NCBI GenBank assembly: GCA_030141605.1
Contig: JAQGDQ010000063.1
Location: 124,001 to 188,000 of the forward strand
DNA from: Tubiluchus corallicola
Lineage: Eukaryota; Animalia; Priapulida
Reading direction: 5' to 3'
DNA length: 64,000 nucleotides
Shown here piece after piece: positions 13,411-25,789 of this stretch; the first letter of the stretch is position 1, and every line of letters starts with the position of its first letter. Position numbers and translations under genes: made by a program. The notes beneath the pieces are model-generated. The model worked only from the letters and a program-made list of their open reading frames with translations, had not been told where the DNA came from and searched no databases.

Positions 13411-14550
13411 ATTAAGTTGAGCTGCTAAACCAACAAATTGTAGACATAACTAACAAGGGCTGCAAAATAATGCAGACTGGATCAAAAGACTATAGGCCTG
13501 ACTATGTATTTCGAGAAAATTAATTAATTTTGTAACATCTTGTAAATCTTGTAAAAAAATGGCAAACCTATTTAACGCAGTTAATACTTTAGGCTCTTTG
13601 CTATAAGTTTATTAGGGCGATTAGGCTATTTGAGATCCAAATGGTCCAATGTGTTTAAAGACTTCAGCGTCCTTGTTTCACATGAAACAGCGTACGCGTA
13701 CGCAGTTACTACGCACCCCGAGAGGCTCTCTTCGAATTATGCGGTAACCTACTCGTGTGGGATGCCAGTTGAATCCGGTCACTGTGAGGTTGTGTAAGCT
13801 AGTAATTTCTGTGCAGCTGCATGGTAGCCAGTTGTGTGCTTTGCTTTATTTTGGATTGCTCGTATTTGTTCCATTTTTTCCACTGTGCAGCTACAGTTTA
13901 TTAGACCGAGTGGTGCTTTATTCTGGTACAGTACAGCGTTTGGTACAGAATCTACACTGAAGAAAGGGCCCAACTTGTGAAAATGTAGGACCACGGTATT
14001 TTGTTACAACTCAGTTTTGAGTGTAATTTGGTGTGTCGTTTCTCCTGTCTTCGTGCAAGTTAGAAACAAACTGAACATGGTATAATTAGCACTCATAAAA
14101 CTAGCTAGTCACTTCAGGATGGACGTGCAGTTCAGATTAATAATATACAGCTTTGCAAATAGAAGATTAATTTGGGTATGTAAATGTTCTAGAGTTCATA
14201 ATTGAATTAAAAGTTCTGTCTATATCATACTTTGGACGGCAAATTTTTTCGCCTAATTTCAATTCACAGCAAAAACAACACGTTCATTACTGTTCAACCA
14301 AGTGAACTGTAAGCAATTCACATGCATTCACAATCGACGGTAATCGAAGTGGATTTAAAATTTTCCTTGTTTAAATGCTTTCACTGTCTGTCATCGCAGC
14401 TTGGGGGCCATTTTTCTTCTTCTGTATTCATTTTGCGTCCAACCTATAATTTGGGTATTTGGTTGAACCCGAAATATGCACAGTGATACCAAAATAGTTG
14501 ATTGCAAAATTTTAACATGAAACGTTTGAAAATCATTTTTGTCAAAGTAC

Positions 14551-14988
14551 CCGTATTTTCCCGTGTATAAGAGACCCCTTCAATTTTTAGGCAAAAATTC
14601 TGGAAAAAAGTTTTTTCAGACGGACATTTTTAGAGGGTAAAGTACAACTTTTTTCAACTCAGTGCGGTACTGAAAACAAAATAAAACCAGTTAATGTGTT
14701 GTAGAAAAAGAGTACTGGTATATATTAAAGTGCGTACCTGCAAACCTGTAACAGGAAAAGAGAAAACGAGGAGATAATGCCTGTGTCACGATGCTTGTAT
14801 TGCTTACAACCGCTTCATAGTCGAACGCGACACGCAAAACAGTTGTAGAGCACTTATTTCTTTAAAATCATTAGTGTCACAATTTATGCATCTTATTGAA
14901 AAGACTTACTCCCATGTATAAGAGACCCCCTATTTTTAAAGTGAAAATTCTGAGCAAAAAAGGGTCTCTTATACACGGGAAAATACGG
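14551..14988. mobile_element. Tc1/mariner-pogo type MITE
   Basis: TIR ccgtattttcccgtgtataagagaccc / gggtctcttatacacgggaaaatacgg, flanked by TA (one extra C on the left); internal direct copy of the left end at about 14911-14950. Confidence 0.9.
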
Positions 14989-16239
14989 TAGTTAACTGTA
15001 ACTGGGCTGTCGAGAACATTTTTAAATCATTAAATTTCCAACATTTTTACAATACTGTGTCAATAGCTTATTTTTTCATTGTTTTAGCTTAAAAACTTAA
15101 TTTACTTGGCAAAGTTATAATTATTTGCATTGCACATTTAGCAACGTGTCACAATGTGTTTTCTTTAGATGTCATCAAGAAGTGCCGAATTTGTGTATTA
15201 TAATAATTATTATAGCCTATGTTAAACAGTAGGTTTTACGTACGCGCTGCTCTTTCAAATCACCCAGACGGGCCGAGTTTGTTATTATTTAGCCGTTATG
15301 CACGTATACGCTTGTTCGTACCACTGCGTCTCATGATGTCTGCCAAACATGCCAAGAACATTCTGCACTGCCATGGTTGAATTATCATACGGCCTGGTAC
15401 AGTAGTTTCAACCCAGACTGTTGTTTTTTGGTAAGCGATTTAGTGGTAATTGATGGAAATAACCCGGAATTGTTTGTAATTTCTGGGTCGGCTGTTTGTC
15501 TGGGATGTTGGCGTAGTGCGTTGGACAATATTGTTGTTTGATTAAACAGTACAAACAAATAAGCCTTACTACGCTCAGTACTCTGTTAAGACTGTATTAC
15601 TTGCGGCTGCTGTGGGTACAGCCGTTACACAAATTGGCCCCTACAGCCATCGAGAGCCACATATCTTGAAAATTTCAACGCGCAGCTTGCTTTATAACGT
15701 CTCACTTGCACATTAAAATTACAGATTAAAAACAAATTAATCACAGATTAATTACATATTAAATTTTGAAGATTTGAAAAGAAAAGGTTGAAATTAAAAT
15801 TTTAAGATTTGTGCTTCAGTTTAGAGCTGTTCGGCTGTGGATGATGGAACTGCATTAAACGAGAATCTCAGATTAAACTGAAAGGACGCGTGTCTTTTCT
15901 CAATTAGGCATACAGTGCTGTAAATTTAGTGAAAAATGAATACAGAATTTAAAGTTACGAATATCTGATCAAGTATAACAAGGAGTAGGAGAGATGCTAG
16001 CAAAGAGTCAAGTCACAAAAGCTTTGTGATGAAATTTAAGAAATACATTCTCCGGTTGCATTCTTAATACAACAGCATGCGCTATTGTCTATAAATTCAG
16101 TAAGATTCTGCTTCTGTGACAGGAGATGCTTTAAGTGTCATAAGTTGTACTTACAAAATGTTTTTCAAAATAATTAAGAATTTGTACGTAATTACGGCTG
16201 CCCTTTATATTAATGGTTTAAATGAAATCGGCACTTTTT

Positions 16240-16990
16240 GACAGGTGATCCATGTGTCAAGGGTCAATCAAACACAGATTAACATACACCATTCAATTTG
16301 TCTCATCGAGTCCTTTCATTTGATTTACCACAATATACTGAAATTGAAATGTATCACATTAAACCTATGATCTCGGGTCAGGGGTCAACCAGTGTGACTC
16401 ATACTATCCAGTTCGTCTCGTCGTGACCTTTCATTTGAATACTGCAAGCCACTGTTTCTCCACTCTGGAACGTTGGTGCTTGTCGCCCCAATTTTAGTTT
16501 TTGCCCCCTAGTAGGGATAGGGGTCATCCATTCCAATCTGTGCGTAATTGATACTATTAAATTCGTCTCATTGAGACCTTTCAGTTGATGTACTATGACC
16601 ACTATTACTCGACAGTGGCAGCATTTGTCCTCGCACCCCCTGGATTTTAGGTCTTTTGCCCTTCTCAAAAATTTTAACTATGCAAATGGCCCATATTCAG
16701 CCATCCAAAAGATCTCGCCCTACCTAGTCACACACCTAAAATTGCGGGTCTTGCTGAAAAACTGGAGGATAATATCCAACCTAACGCAAAAGTCTTTGCC
16801 TACTCCGTGGCCTTTGACATAGTAGTCATAGATGACATATAAACATAAATCCCCCTACCTGAGGAGTGTGTCTTGCAAGTTTAATGACAACAGCTTTGTG
16901 CGTTTTTGAGTATTAAAGAAACAAAAAAGCACAAATAATAAATAAATATTTAAAAACCGGGGATAAATCAAGGTCTTGCCTTGAAGTTGA
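16240..16990. repeat. Probable interspersed repeat rich in ggtca/tgacc motifs, unclassified
   Basis: Internally repeated block (ttcgtctc..gagacctttca) three times and gggtcaaggggtcaa-type motifs; ends not resolved. Confidence 0.45.
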
Positions 16991-17425
16991 CTGCAGCATC
17001 ATTGCTTTGCTTAAGGTCTTCATTTGGTAATTCCCTGGTGTTCACCTGTGTGCTGTACAGGTATCTTCGCTAATCAACGCTTAATTAACTGCGGTTCGGC
17101 TGCTTCAGATGTTGCACCTGCTGTAAATTTGCAATTATCGATTGAAAACGTTTATGGCACCAGGCATCTAAGATATGTAAGGTAGTTTAAACGTGTTTTC
17201 ATTGATTTTAATACATATTGAGAACTGCTAGTCAGTAAGCGCAATATTATTATTGCCGGATATTTTGTGTTCTTAGAAAGACATCATAGTTAAATAAAAG
17301 ACAGTCGTCTAAGAAGGGATACTAAACCATCTAAGAAGTATCTAAGACTTTTAGTATTTAGACTTGTGTATAAATTTACGTTCGCCCTTTAGTGGAGTAT
17401 TGTACGCCAACTTGGAATTCTTATT

Positions 17426-18909
17426 CATGGGCGCCGGCAGGCGGACGCAGTGACGCACGTGCGTCCACAGACTTTCTTAAGAAATTTTTTATGGCTAAAA
17501 AAGTTTTTTAGCAGTAAACCAAGACATGCATCAACCCTTGTTTGTTTGCGTAATAGCCGAGCAGTCAGCTGATTTGCATAGTGAAGTTATGTTTATGTAT
17601 GTCACTTACATAGTGTGGTTTTCTAGTGTAGCTAACTGTAACTGCACTTCTGCATTTAGGGGGTGGGCCCAAGGGACCTGGGTCCCCTTTCACGGTAGTA
17701 GTGAAATTATGAGTCACGAGTTTGAGGTGAACTTGCCTGAGGAAATAGCTTCTAGCTACCCCAAAATAGTTCATAATGCAGTAAAAGTGTAAATTAAGCT
17801 TAAGTAATCCGCATTGCAGTGCATTAGGAACTTGCTTTTAAGATATATGACTACTACAATAGAATACAACGAATATTATGTAGGTAAATGTAGGTAAAAT
17901 ACAATTTAAATCTTATTTGAGGCTCCAAAATGCATGGGTGCCGCCAGAGTTTAAAAAAATTGACGTACAAGCAGTTAGGGAGTTTGGGGGAGCGCTGTAA
18001 GCGCCCCCAGAAGGGTCCGGACAGGAGCCCTGGCCACCAAGGCATTTTTCTGTATTTAAGCACATTTTGGAGGCCTCGAATGAGATCCGGTACGTAGACT
18101 CCTCAAACGTGAAAAATTGTGCTTTAATAGATATATTTTACCTACTTTTACATATTTAATGTTCATTGTATTCTATTGTAGTTGTCATATATCTTAAAAA
18201 CAAGTTCGTAATACACTGCAATGCGGATGACCCATTACTTAAACTTAATTTATTTAGTATCAAGATTATCTATCCAACAAAATGTGGATAGTCAAACATA
18301 AAACTGATTTGAGACTATTAAGTTACAGCCCATCAACTGTTCATACAAAATTTAATATGTTTGCGTGCGTGTTTATTTTTCCTACGGGACACAGCTAAAT
18401 GGCAGAACGTCTCGGCCACACATACATTTTACTGCATTCTAGACCATTTTGCGGTTGCTAAAAGCTGCTTCCTCGGGCAACTTCACTAGTTCAAAACTCA
18501 TAATGTCACTTCAAGCTCGTGACTCAATTTCGCTACTACCGTGAAAGGGGGGGGGGTCCCAGGCCCCTTTGGCCCAACTCCTAAAGCAGAAGTGCAATAG
18601 CTAATAACTGTCTAGACAACGGAAATCGAAAGAGAACTATGTAAGTGACATACATAAACATAATTTCATTACGCTTACTCATCAGCTTACTGCTCCGGGG
18701 ATTGCGCAAACAAACAAGGGGTTTATATTATTCTTGGTTATTCTTTATTGCTAAAAATATTTTATTTAGCCATCAAAAAACGTGGGCGCACGTGCGTTAG
18801 TGCGTCCGCCTGCTGGCGCCCATGCCAAAATATCCTTAAATACAGGAAAATGCGTTGGTGGTCGGGACTCCGGTGCTTCCAATTTTTTTAACCTCTGGCG
18901 GCGCCCATG
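17426..18909. mobile_element. hAT-like non-autonomous element (outer copy)
   Basis: Termini catgggcgcc...ggcgcccatg; interrupted by an inverted copy of the same family at 17933-18824. Confidence 0.85.
17933..18824. mobile_element. hAT-like non-autonomous element (inner copy, opposite orientation)
   Basis: Termini catgggtgcc...ggcgcccatg; 8-bp TSD ccaaaatg / ccaaaata. Confidence 0.85.
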
Positions 18910-18919
18910 CCCTCATTTA

Positions 18920-19345
18920 CTAAAATATCTTGATTTGGTTGAAAATGTTCAGCGGTCCTTCACTCCTAGCCTATTTGCTAGGTGCAATCTTGGCAGCATG
19001 TCATATCCTGACCCATTAGCATTTTTAAATCTTGAGCTTCTTGAATTTCCTAGAATACACTGTTACTGGACAATGTATTATTCAATATTACATGGAGACA
19101 AGTGCTATGACAAAGATGCCTTTTTAGCAGCCTTTATCTAATGTAACCAGGGCTTAAAGTTACACCGATTAAAGTTACAACCCATTCACTACCGACTTGA
19201 TTGTTTCAAAAACTTTTACTCTGACAGAAAAATTAAAGCCTGGAATGAACTTCCAGAGTCTGGTGCCTCCTTGGTTTGTGTTCAGAGCAGCAAACGTTTT
19301 ATAAACAGTGTAAAAGGTTTAAATCTCATTGATTATTTATCTTTT
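18920..19345 (+). mobile_element. Decayed CR1/L2-clade LINE 3' fragment
   Basis: LVENVQRSFT...LNLELLE and downstream KAWNELP resemble the LExVQRRFT / WNxLP motifs at the ORF2 C-terminus. Confidence 0.7.
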
Positions 19346-19539
19346 AATAGGTACTTATAAGTAAACCTTGCTCTTTGTGCTTTTATCCGTAATCTTTTAA
19401 CTAGCTGTTTTATTTGTAAAATTTTATTCTGTGCTGTATATACGTTTTATTCTGTTTCACAGTTTATACTTTCTTGTAAATATTTTTTAAATATTTTTAT
19501 TTTAAATAGATTACGTGTTAAATAAAAAATATCAAGAAA

Positions 19540-19822
19540 ATGTTTCAAATATTTGAGAAAATATCTCGAGCTGATCAGGTAATATCTCGAGCTGACCAGG
19601 TAAGATCTCGAGCTTACCAGATAATATCTTGAGCTCACCATACAATATCTCGAGCTAACTGGGTAATAGCTCGAGTTCACCAGGCCAGATTTTATCTCAA
19701 ACTTACCAGGTAATATCTCAAATAACGGAGTTTTTAGATAATACCTTGAGCTCACCAGGTATATCTCGAGCTCACCAGAAAATATATGGAGCTGACTGGG
19801 TTAATATCTCGAGGACCAGGTA
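19540..19822. repeat. Tandem repeat, about 21-bp unit (gctcaccaggtaatatctcga)
   Basis: About 12 diverged copies; the source of the spurious VSSRYYL ORF. Confidence 0.92.
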
Positions 19823-20449
19823 AAAGGCAGCTGAGCAGATGTTCATTATGTACATGGTGCATTTGTGTTATCAATTCTTTTGAATGCTGCCGTTAGTTGC
19901 CCCAATGAAGTGGACAACTATAGAATTATCAGTTCTGTGTATCTGTTCGACTGTTCGTCCATCCGTTTGTCAGCGTTTTTCTCGAGTGTGGAGTAATGTA
20001 GCCTCATTATGTAGGAAGTTGTTATTTGGCATAAGGTTAGGGCACGGCTTGTTTTTTTTGCATCACTGTCCATTTGACGGTTGCAACTTTTTGTCCATTG
20101 TATTGGTACTTTGCATACGGATAGGGTGTGGCTCACGTTGGGAGCCTATTAATTTTTTGGATTATAATGCAACGTAGCACGTTTGACACGAAGTTAAATG
20201 ATCTTTCGAATTTCACATTATATTCGTCATCGTTTCTTTTAGTGCCAGTTTTGGTATTATATATTGAAGACCTGTATTAAAAGGTTTTGACAATTTGATC
20301 AGGACAACTATACCCCTCTATTCAGCGCTCTGTAGTTATTGTGCTGTTGATTAATAGTGTTATTTGGAAGACTAGAACTATTTGGTCTAGAACGCACCTA
20401 AAACGTTTGATAGGCTTTTGCAGACTCGATCAACAGTAGTTTGTTAGTT

Positions 20450-20537
20450 CATCATCATCATCGTCACTATCATCATCATCATCATTATCATCGTCATCAT
20501 CATCGTCATCGTCATCGTTATCGCCATCACCATCACA
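20450..20537. repeat. (CAT/CGT)n microsatellite
   Basis: Direct reading. Confidence 0.92.
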
Positions 20538-21293
20538 AATTTGTTTACCTTTTATAAATTAGCCGTGAATTTTACTGTGTTAACAACTTTTGCTGCAACC
20601 GATAAGCATTGCGCCCTTTAATAAGTTTATTCGTTAAAACAGTTAATGAAATGCCTAGACAGTCTTTCAGCGTCAAACTAGCTCCTTAGTGAAATGCTTA
20701 GACAGTCTTTCAGAAAGCGGCGATAGTTGTAAACCATTCAGCCAGTAATCTTCTTTGTCTGATAGCTGGGCTGGCTGACTGCACAGTTAAATTAAGGTGT
20801 TTCAACAACTTTCCCCTCAATGAATCTGCCAAAAAGCATCATATTCGTCGCATTTTTAGCATGGTTTATACCTCCGAGATACATTTTGGAAGATGAGAAA
20901 TGAAAAATTTGCTGTTAGTATACTATTACAATTATTTTTACATTCTCAAGTAATTTACTTGCAGTTGGGACCTGCCCACCGTGAGTTTATTGGGACTCTT
21001 ATAGTAATGGACTTTGAATTGGACGGACTCGGACCAGGAATTTTATTTTCTAGTGAAAAATCATGGTTTACAACAACTGCCAGGTTGGTGAGGGGTTTTC
21101 AGAGGGTTTTGGTGGCTTTGTAGCTTTTGTCGGTGCTTTAGCAGTTTTCTGTAAGTTTGTTTGCCTTTTCTAGTCAATTTTTTACTATTGACTTTTTTGT
21201 ATTTTTCCCGACTTTCTCACTTTCGTTTACACAGTTTCGTTTACAGTTACACAGTAATGATGGATCACTACGCCGATCATGTAATGTTATTAT

Positions 21294-21712
21294 GGTGCGC
21301 TGGGAAAATGCCACAGGAAAAATAGCAGAAATGGAAAAGTAGATAAAATGGCACAGGTAAAAATGGCACAAATGGAAAAGTATAAAAAATGGCAAGTATG
21401 TTATATTGATGCAATTGATTTCTATAATAAACAGACAGACAAACAAACAAACTGTGTTGAAGAAACTGTGTTTTTTGGCAGAGGTAAGAATAACTAAAAT
21501 AATTATCCCCCACGGTAATCCTAACCCTAAACTCATATTTTACTAAATGTGCCATTTTTACATACTTTTCCATTTGTGCCATTTTTTCCTGTGCCATTTT
21601 TACCTGTACTGTTTTTCCTGTGCCATTTTTTCCTGTACCATTTTTACCTGTACCATTTTTACCTACTTTTCCATTTGTGCCATTTTTTGCTGTGGCATTT
21701 TTATCTACATTC
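21294..21712. mobile_element. Foldback MITE with repetitive arms (aaaatggcacagg / cctgtgccatttt) and a central cctaaccctaa
   Basis: Left arm gaaaatgccacaggaaaaatagcagaaatggaaaagtag is inverted in right arm ctacttttccatttgtgccattttttgctgtggcatttt. Confidence 0.8.
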
Positions 21713-22029
21713 TGTTATTATAATTCATTTATGCCAAGCAAAGGGATCTCTAATTTCTACTATTTTATGTTGTTGCTTGTTTGGTTGTTTATTTTCAAGC
21801 AGCTGTCACTTGTTATAGAACTGAAAAGATTATAATTTTTGTGATGTAAAATTGTTCACTGATAATGACAAGATTTTGCTTGATTTGAATGACATTAATT
21901 AACGATGCACATTCGTTCAATTCGTATGAGCTGGTAGAATTCGATGGTGAATAGTGATTGCGAAATCAAGCAGCTTAGACATGAATGGCATAATTATTTT
22001 AGACACGTTTGACAACACCTCATTGTCTA

Positions 22030-22225
22030 ATAGATATTGTGACTGCTTTCTGTAAGGGAGGTGAATGGGTTCGATACCGCGGCTGGGACACACCAAAGAC
22101 TTTAAAATTGTACCTGCTGTTATACCTGCCTGTGCAGTTTGGTATTTACAGTCGACGATAAAAGCTTCATGGCTTGATTGTTATGTCTGATTGATTTAAA
22201 ACTGAATTTAAATAAAGGTTATTAT
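22030..22225 (+). mobile_element. tRNA-derived SINE fragment
   Basis: Pol III B-box ggttcgatacc followed by caccaaagactttaaaa body; ends at aataaa plus a trinucleotide tail. Confidence 0.6.
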
Positions 22226-22287
22226 TATCATCATCATCATCATCAGCAGCAGCAGCAGCATCAGCATCAGCATCATCATCATCATCA
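22221..22287. repeat. (ATT)(CAT)(CAG) compound microsatellite
   Basis: Direct reading. Confidence 0.9.
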
Positions 22288-25200
22288 ATGTAATATTCAT
22301 TGACCGGCATATGTGCAACATGCGCTGTGACTAAATGATCTATGCAGTAATTTTTGTGTGTAAACTGGTCTGTGTCAAGACGTCCGTGCCAAAAAACCAG
22401 TGCAAGTGCGTTTGTAGACCGTAGGATAAATTTTGCCCAAGTTTAAAGTAGTAGAGCTCTTGAACCGTAGAAAAATGCAGAAACGTGCTTTGTAAGACAT
22501 ATGACAGAAATTCAACCGCATAGACAAAATAGACATCAAGATAAGGTTTTGATTAAGGTCAAAATACATGTTAAAGGTGAAAGGTAACTAAAAGATCATA
22601 ATCCAAAATATGCACAAAATAATTTCGGTTATAGATCACTCGACTGGAGTTGAAGACCGAGAGAACATGCCTGATCCCGCGTCATGATAAAAGCCGAACC
22701 ACACCAAACGGGCATTTCCCAAATTTACAAACAAAAGATAAATTTTCGGCCCAATGCAGCCGTGAGTTTAGTCCATGTGACGAGAGGAATAACTACAAAA
22801 TGTCATATGGGCAGATCGACAAAGCTCCGGGAATTTTTGTTACAAATTTATCTATTCATTGTGCCTTTAAACCAAGATATTAACATCTTTTTTACATATA
22901 TGCTGAGAAAAAAAAATTATAAACGCTTGCAAAATGACTTTTATAGGTCTATTGAAGAAGTAATTTTGCTGTACATCCGGTAGTGAGTAAAAATCTGCCT
23001 AGGAAAAGTTTTCTTACATCCTGTTTTTTCTCGACCTTGGTAATTCCGAGGAACCTTCACTTTCCTTTTTATTTAAGAGTCATCAATTCTTTTAATTCAA
23101 AAGTCACGATGTCATCTGGGCCAGATAGCCGCTGAGCAATAATACCCTTCTGTATTCGCTCTAGAAATCCACGCGTAACCGCCACATGTCTTGCTGGTGC
23201 TTAATAAACGCCATTACGAACCACTACCATTATGCAGGCGTCCATTAATCTGTTACTGTAGTACAGTACTTATTTATTGCAACACGTGACGTAGAAGTTC
23301 AGTCTTCTGAATGCGTTATGTTTAGTAGTCGTTGGCTTACATGCATTAATATACTAACTGATCATAATTTCTGGCTTTTTTTGTAAATGTATCAAGAAAC
23401 AGAGGCACAGGGTTGACGAGAGTTCCTTACTCGCTGTAAAAACTCTTGGTCATTTTCAAACAATTAGCTAAAAAGTTTGTGTTTGTTGGAATGGGATTGC
23501 GTTGAGCCAGTGAATTTTTGTAATGAACCAGCCGGTACGGATTGTTACTTTAGTATCGGACTTGCATTGTCATTACCGTATATTGGTTTTTATTATGTAA
23601 TGAAGTGGGAACAAAGCTCGTCGAACTGCTGTATCCTGCGTGCAAAGCGCATTAAGTCTAGGCGTTTGACCACAAAGGAATCTAATTTCGGGATCATACT
23701 ATCGCCTTCAAGTAATTTTACAGCATCAAGAGAATTAGCTAAATGGAAAGCTCGTGTCCAGCCAGTCCTCCAGCAGCAGTTCGTTATTACATAATCAATA
23801 ATGTTCATTTATTTTTCCAGGCTTTCCGTCCGTCACTGTCGTTAATCAGGAATTATTTAGTTTTTTCCAGCTGGCGATATGCTATGTTTAAATAAAACGT
23901 TTGGATAGCAATTTTAGGTGAAAAGATTTTGACACAAGGAAATCGTTTTACAAACATACATGGTCAAACAGATATACTCATGGTTTTCCTTCAAATGCAA
24001 ACAAGATTTTTTTAACTTGGTAAAATGTTATCTTATCTCAATTGTCAGTCGGCAAAATTGAATCAATGAAAGATCTGAAGAGTGCAAACTACTTGTTCTC
24101 AATGGAAGGCTTTGTTTGACAAGCTGAATGCAAAATTTCTCGTCAACTAGCACTACATGTGCATTGATCTGATCTGCGCCGTCAATAATTGTCAGTTTTG
24201 CGAAGTTTTATGTTATGTCTCTCTTTGTTTGCAAAGCAGCAATAACTGAAAACATAAAATTGCTGGTATCTGCCAGAAATGAAAAAATCTGCATCGCTAA
24301 GGGCTGTAAACTTTTGAATTGCTTTGTCGTTTAACCGTTTTTTAACACAAGTGCAGCACAGTACAAGCCGAAACACAGCACCCATTAGCGGCGCCTGCTT
24401 GAAGCAGATGTTTGTGTGTGGCGGAACCGTGACGTAGCTCACTGTATTGATAAATCTGTAAGATGAGATGCTAACTGTCGGTAGTTGTACAGCTGAAATG
24501 TTGGTTCTATAAATCAGAGATTTTTAACCTCGTTCTGATATGCATACATTCTCTCTTGATGACACGTAGCCAGAGACAGTTTGGCAGATTAATCGACCAG
24601 AAGCAGATTTTCCGGTATGCCCTCTTCATTTGTTACACTGCTTGGTATCACTTAACTGTTGTAATAAGTTGCGCATAAAGATCACTTAGTATCTCTTCTG
24701 GCCCGAAAAGTATTGCTTAGTTCTGTTCAAAATCTTAAAAATGTTAAAAAATTACGCAAAAAAGAATAACAAGTTCAGTACAATACCATGTACAATACAT
24801 GTTGTCAGGTATATATTGTGCACACTGTTTTGTTTTTAACGTGTTTTGCAGCCCTGAAAAAAGATATTTTCGGTTTTAAGCCATTTGCAAATTTAACATT
24901 AAATATTGTTGTTTTATCAAATTCCTGCAATAATTTTTACATTGTAGAGTTACAAGAGATGTAAAATCTAGCCCGCTGATACTGTGCATGATAAACGTAA
25001 TGTTGAAATCCCAATGCTTCATCTTTGTAATTCTAGGATGTAATTAGATGCCACGTTGATATTATGTTACCAGGATGAGGCGGATATTTCTAATTGATTG
25101 CCAAAGTACACGCAGAATAGAATCCTTCAAGCACTTTGTTTATCACATATGCTGCCACTATTAATTATGATGGGTGAAGGTAATCATAACATTCGTCATG

Positions 25201-25789
25201 CCGTTTGCTCAAGCGAGAGGTTTCTTTGTTCTCTGTGATTTTAACTTGATTACAGCATGAGAGTTATAAGGCTTCCGAACATGACATCCATATTGGAGTA
25301 ATGCTATTGGAAAGTAAAAAATTATTATTTTAAAAGAATATGCACTTCAGAGTTTGGTTTAGCTGATGCTTGACAGTTGTCAGGTATTGTGCTTTGTTTA
25401 TGTTAAATATAAAATGACTTCGGGTTTCATGCGTTGAACTTGAAGGATTAGAAATGTTTTCCTGTTCTTTCAATTTAACCTTTGTTCGAACTTACACGTG
25501 GCTTATACAGAGTGGCGCTATAGTAATCATGATTTAAGTATAATTGCTTGCTGAATTGCAGTAAAAGACATCGAATTATATAAGGTGAAATGACGTCAGA
25601 GCGAAGTGAAATTAGCAGCAAACTGTCTTGTAATCCTTGTCATTATTCATCAATTCCACTTGACGCTGTTCGTCATGGTCATTATGCAACCATTACATTG
25701 ATTTTGCTGCATCCATCCTATCCATCATTTTTGGCGTACAAGTTTCATATTACGGCACTAGGGCGGCGCAGCATGTTATGCATATAGCA

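Noticed and set aside
13757-13960. Hydrophobic ORF (…LCALLYFGLLVFVPFFPL…) as the VKR signal-peptide exon
   Set aside because: No in-frame ATG (GTG start, with a stop just upstream); 27852-27948 is a much better ATG-initiated signal exon with the right phase
19447-19755. ORF with VSSRYYL repeats
   Set aside because: Translation of a 21-bp tandem repeat
22571-23075. Kolobok-like TTAA-flanked element (similar hints at about 8280-8650)
   Set aside because: Terminal inverted repeats too weak to fix both ends
23593-23808. Minus-strand 71-aa ORF as a nested gene
   Set aside because: No recognisable motif or partner exons
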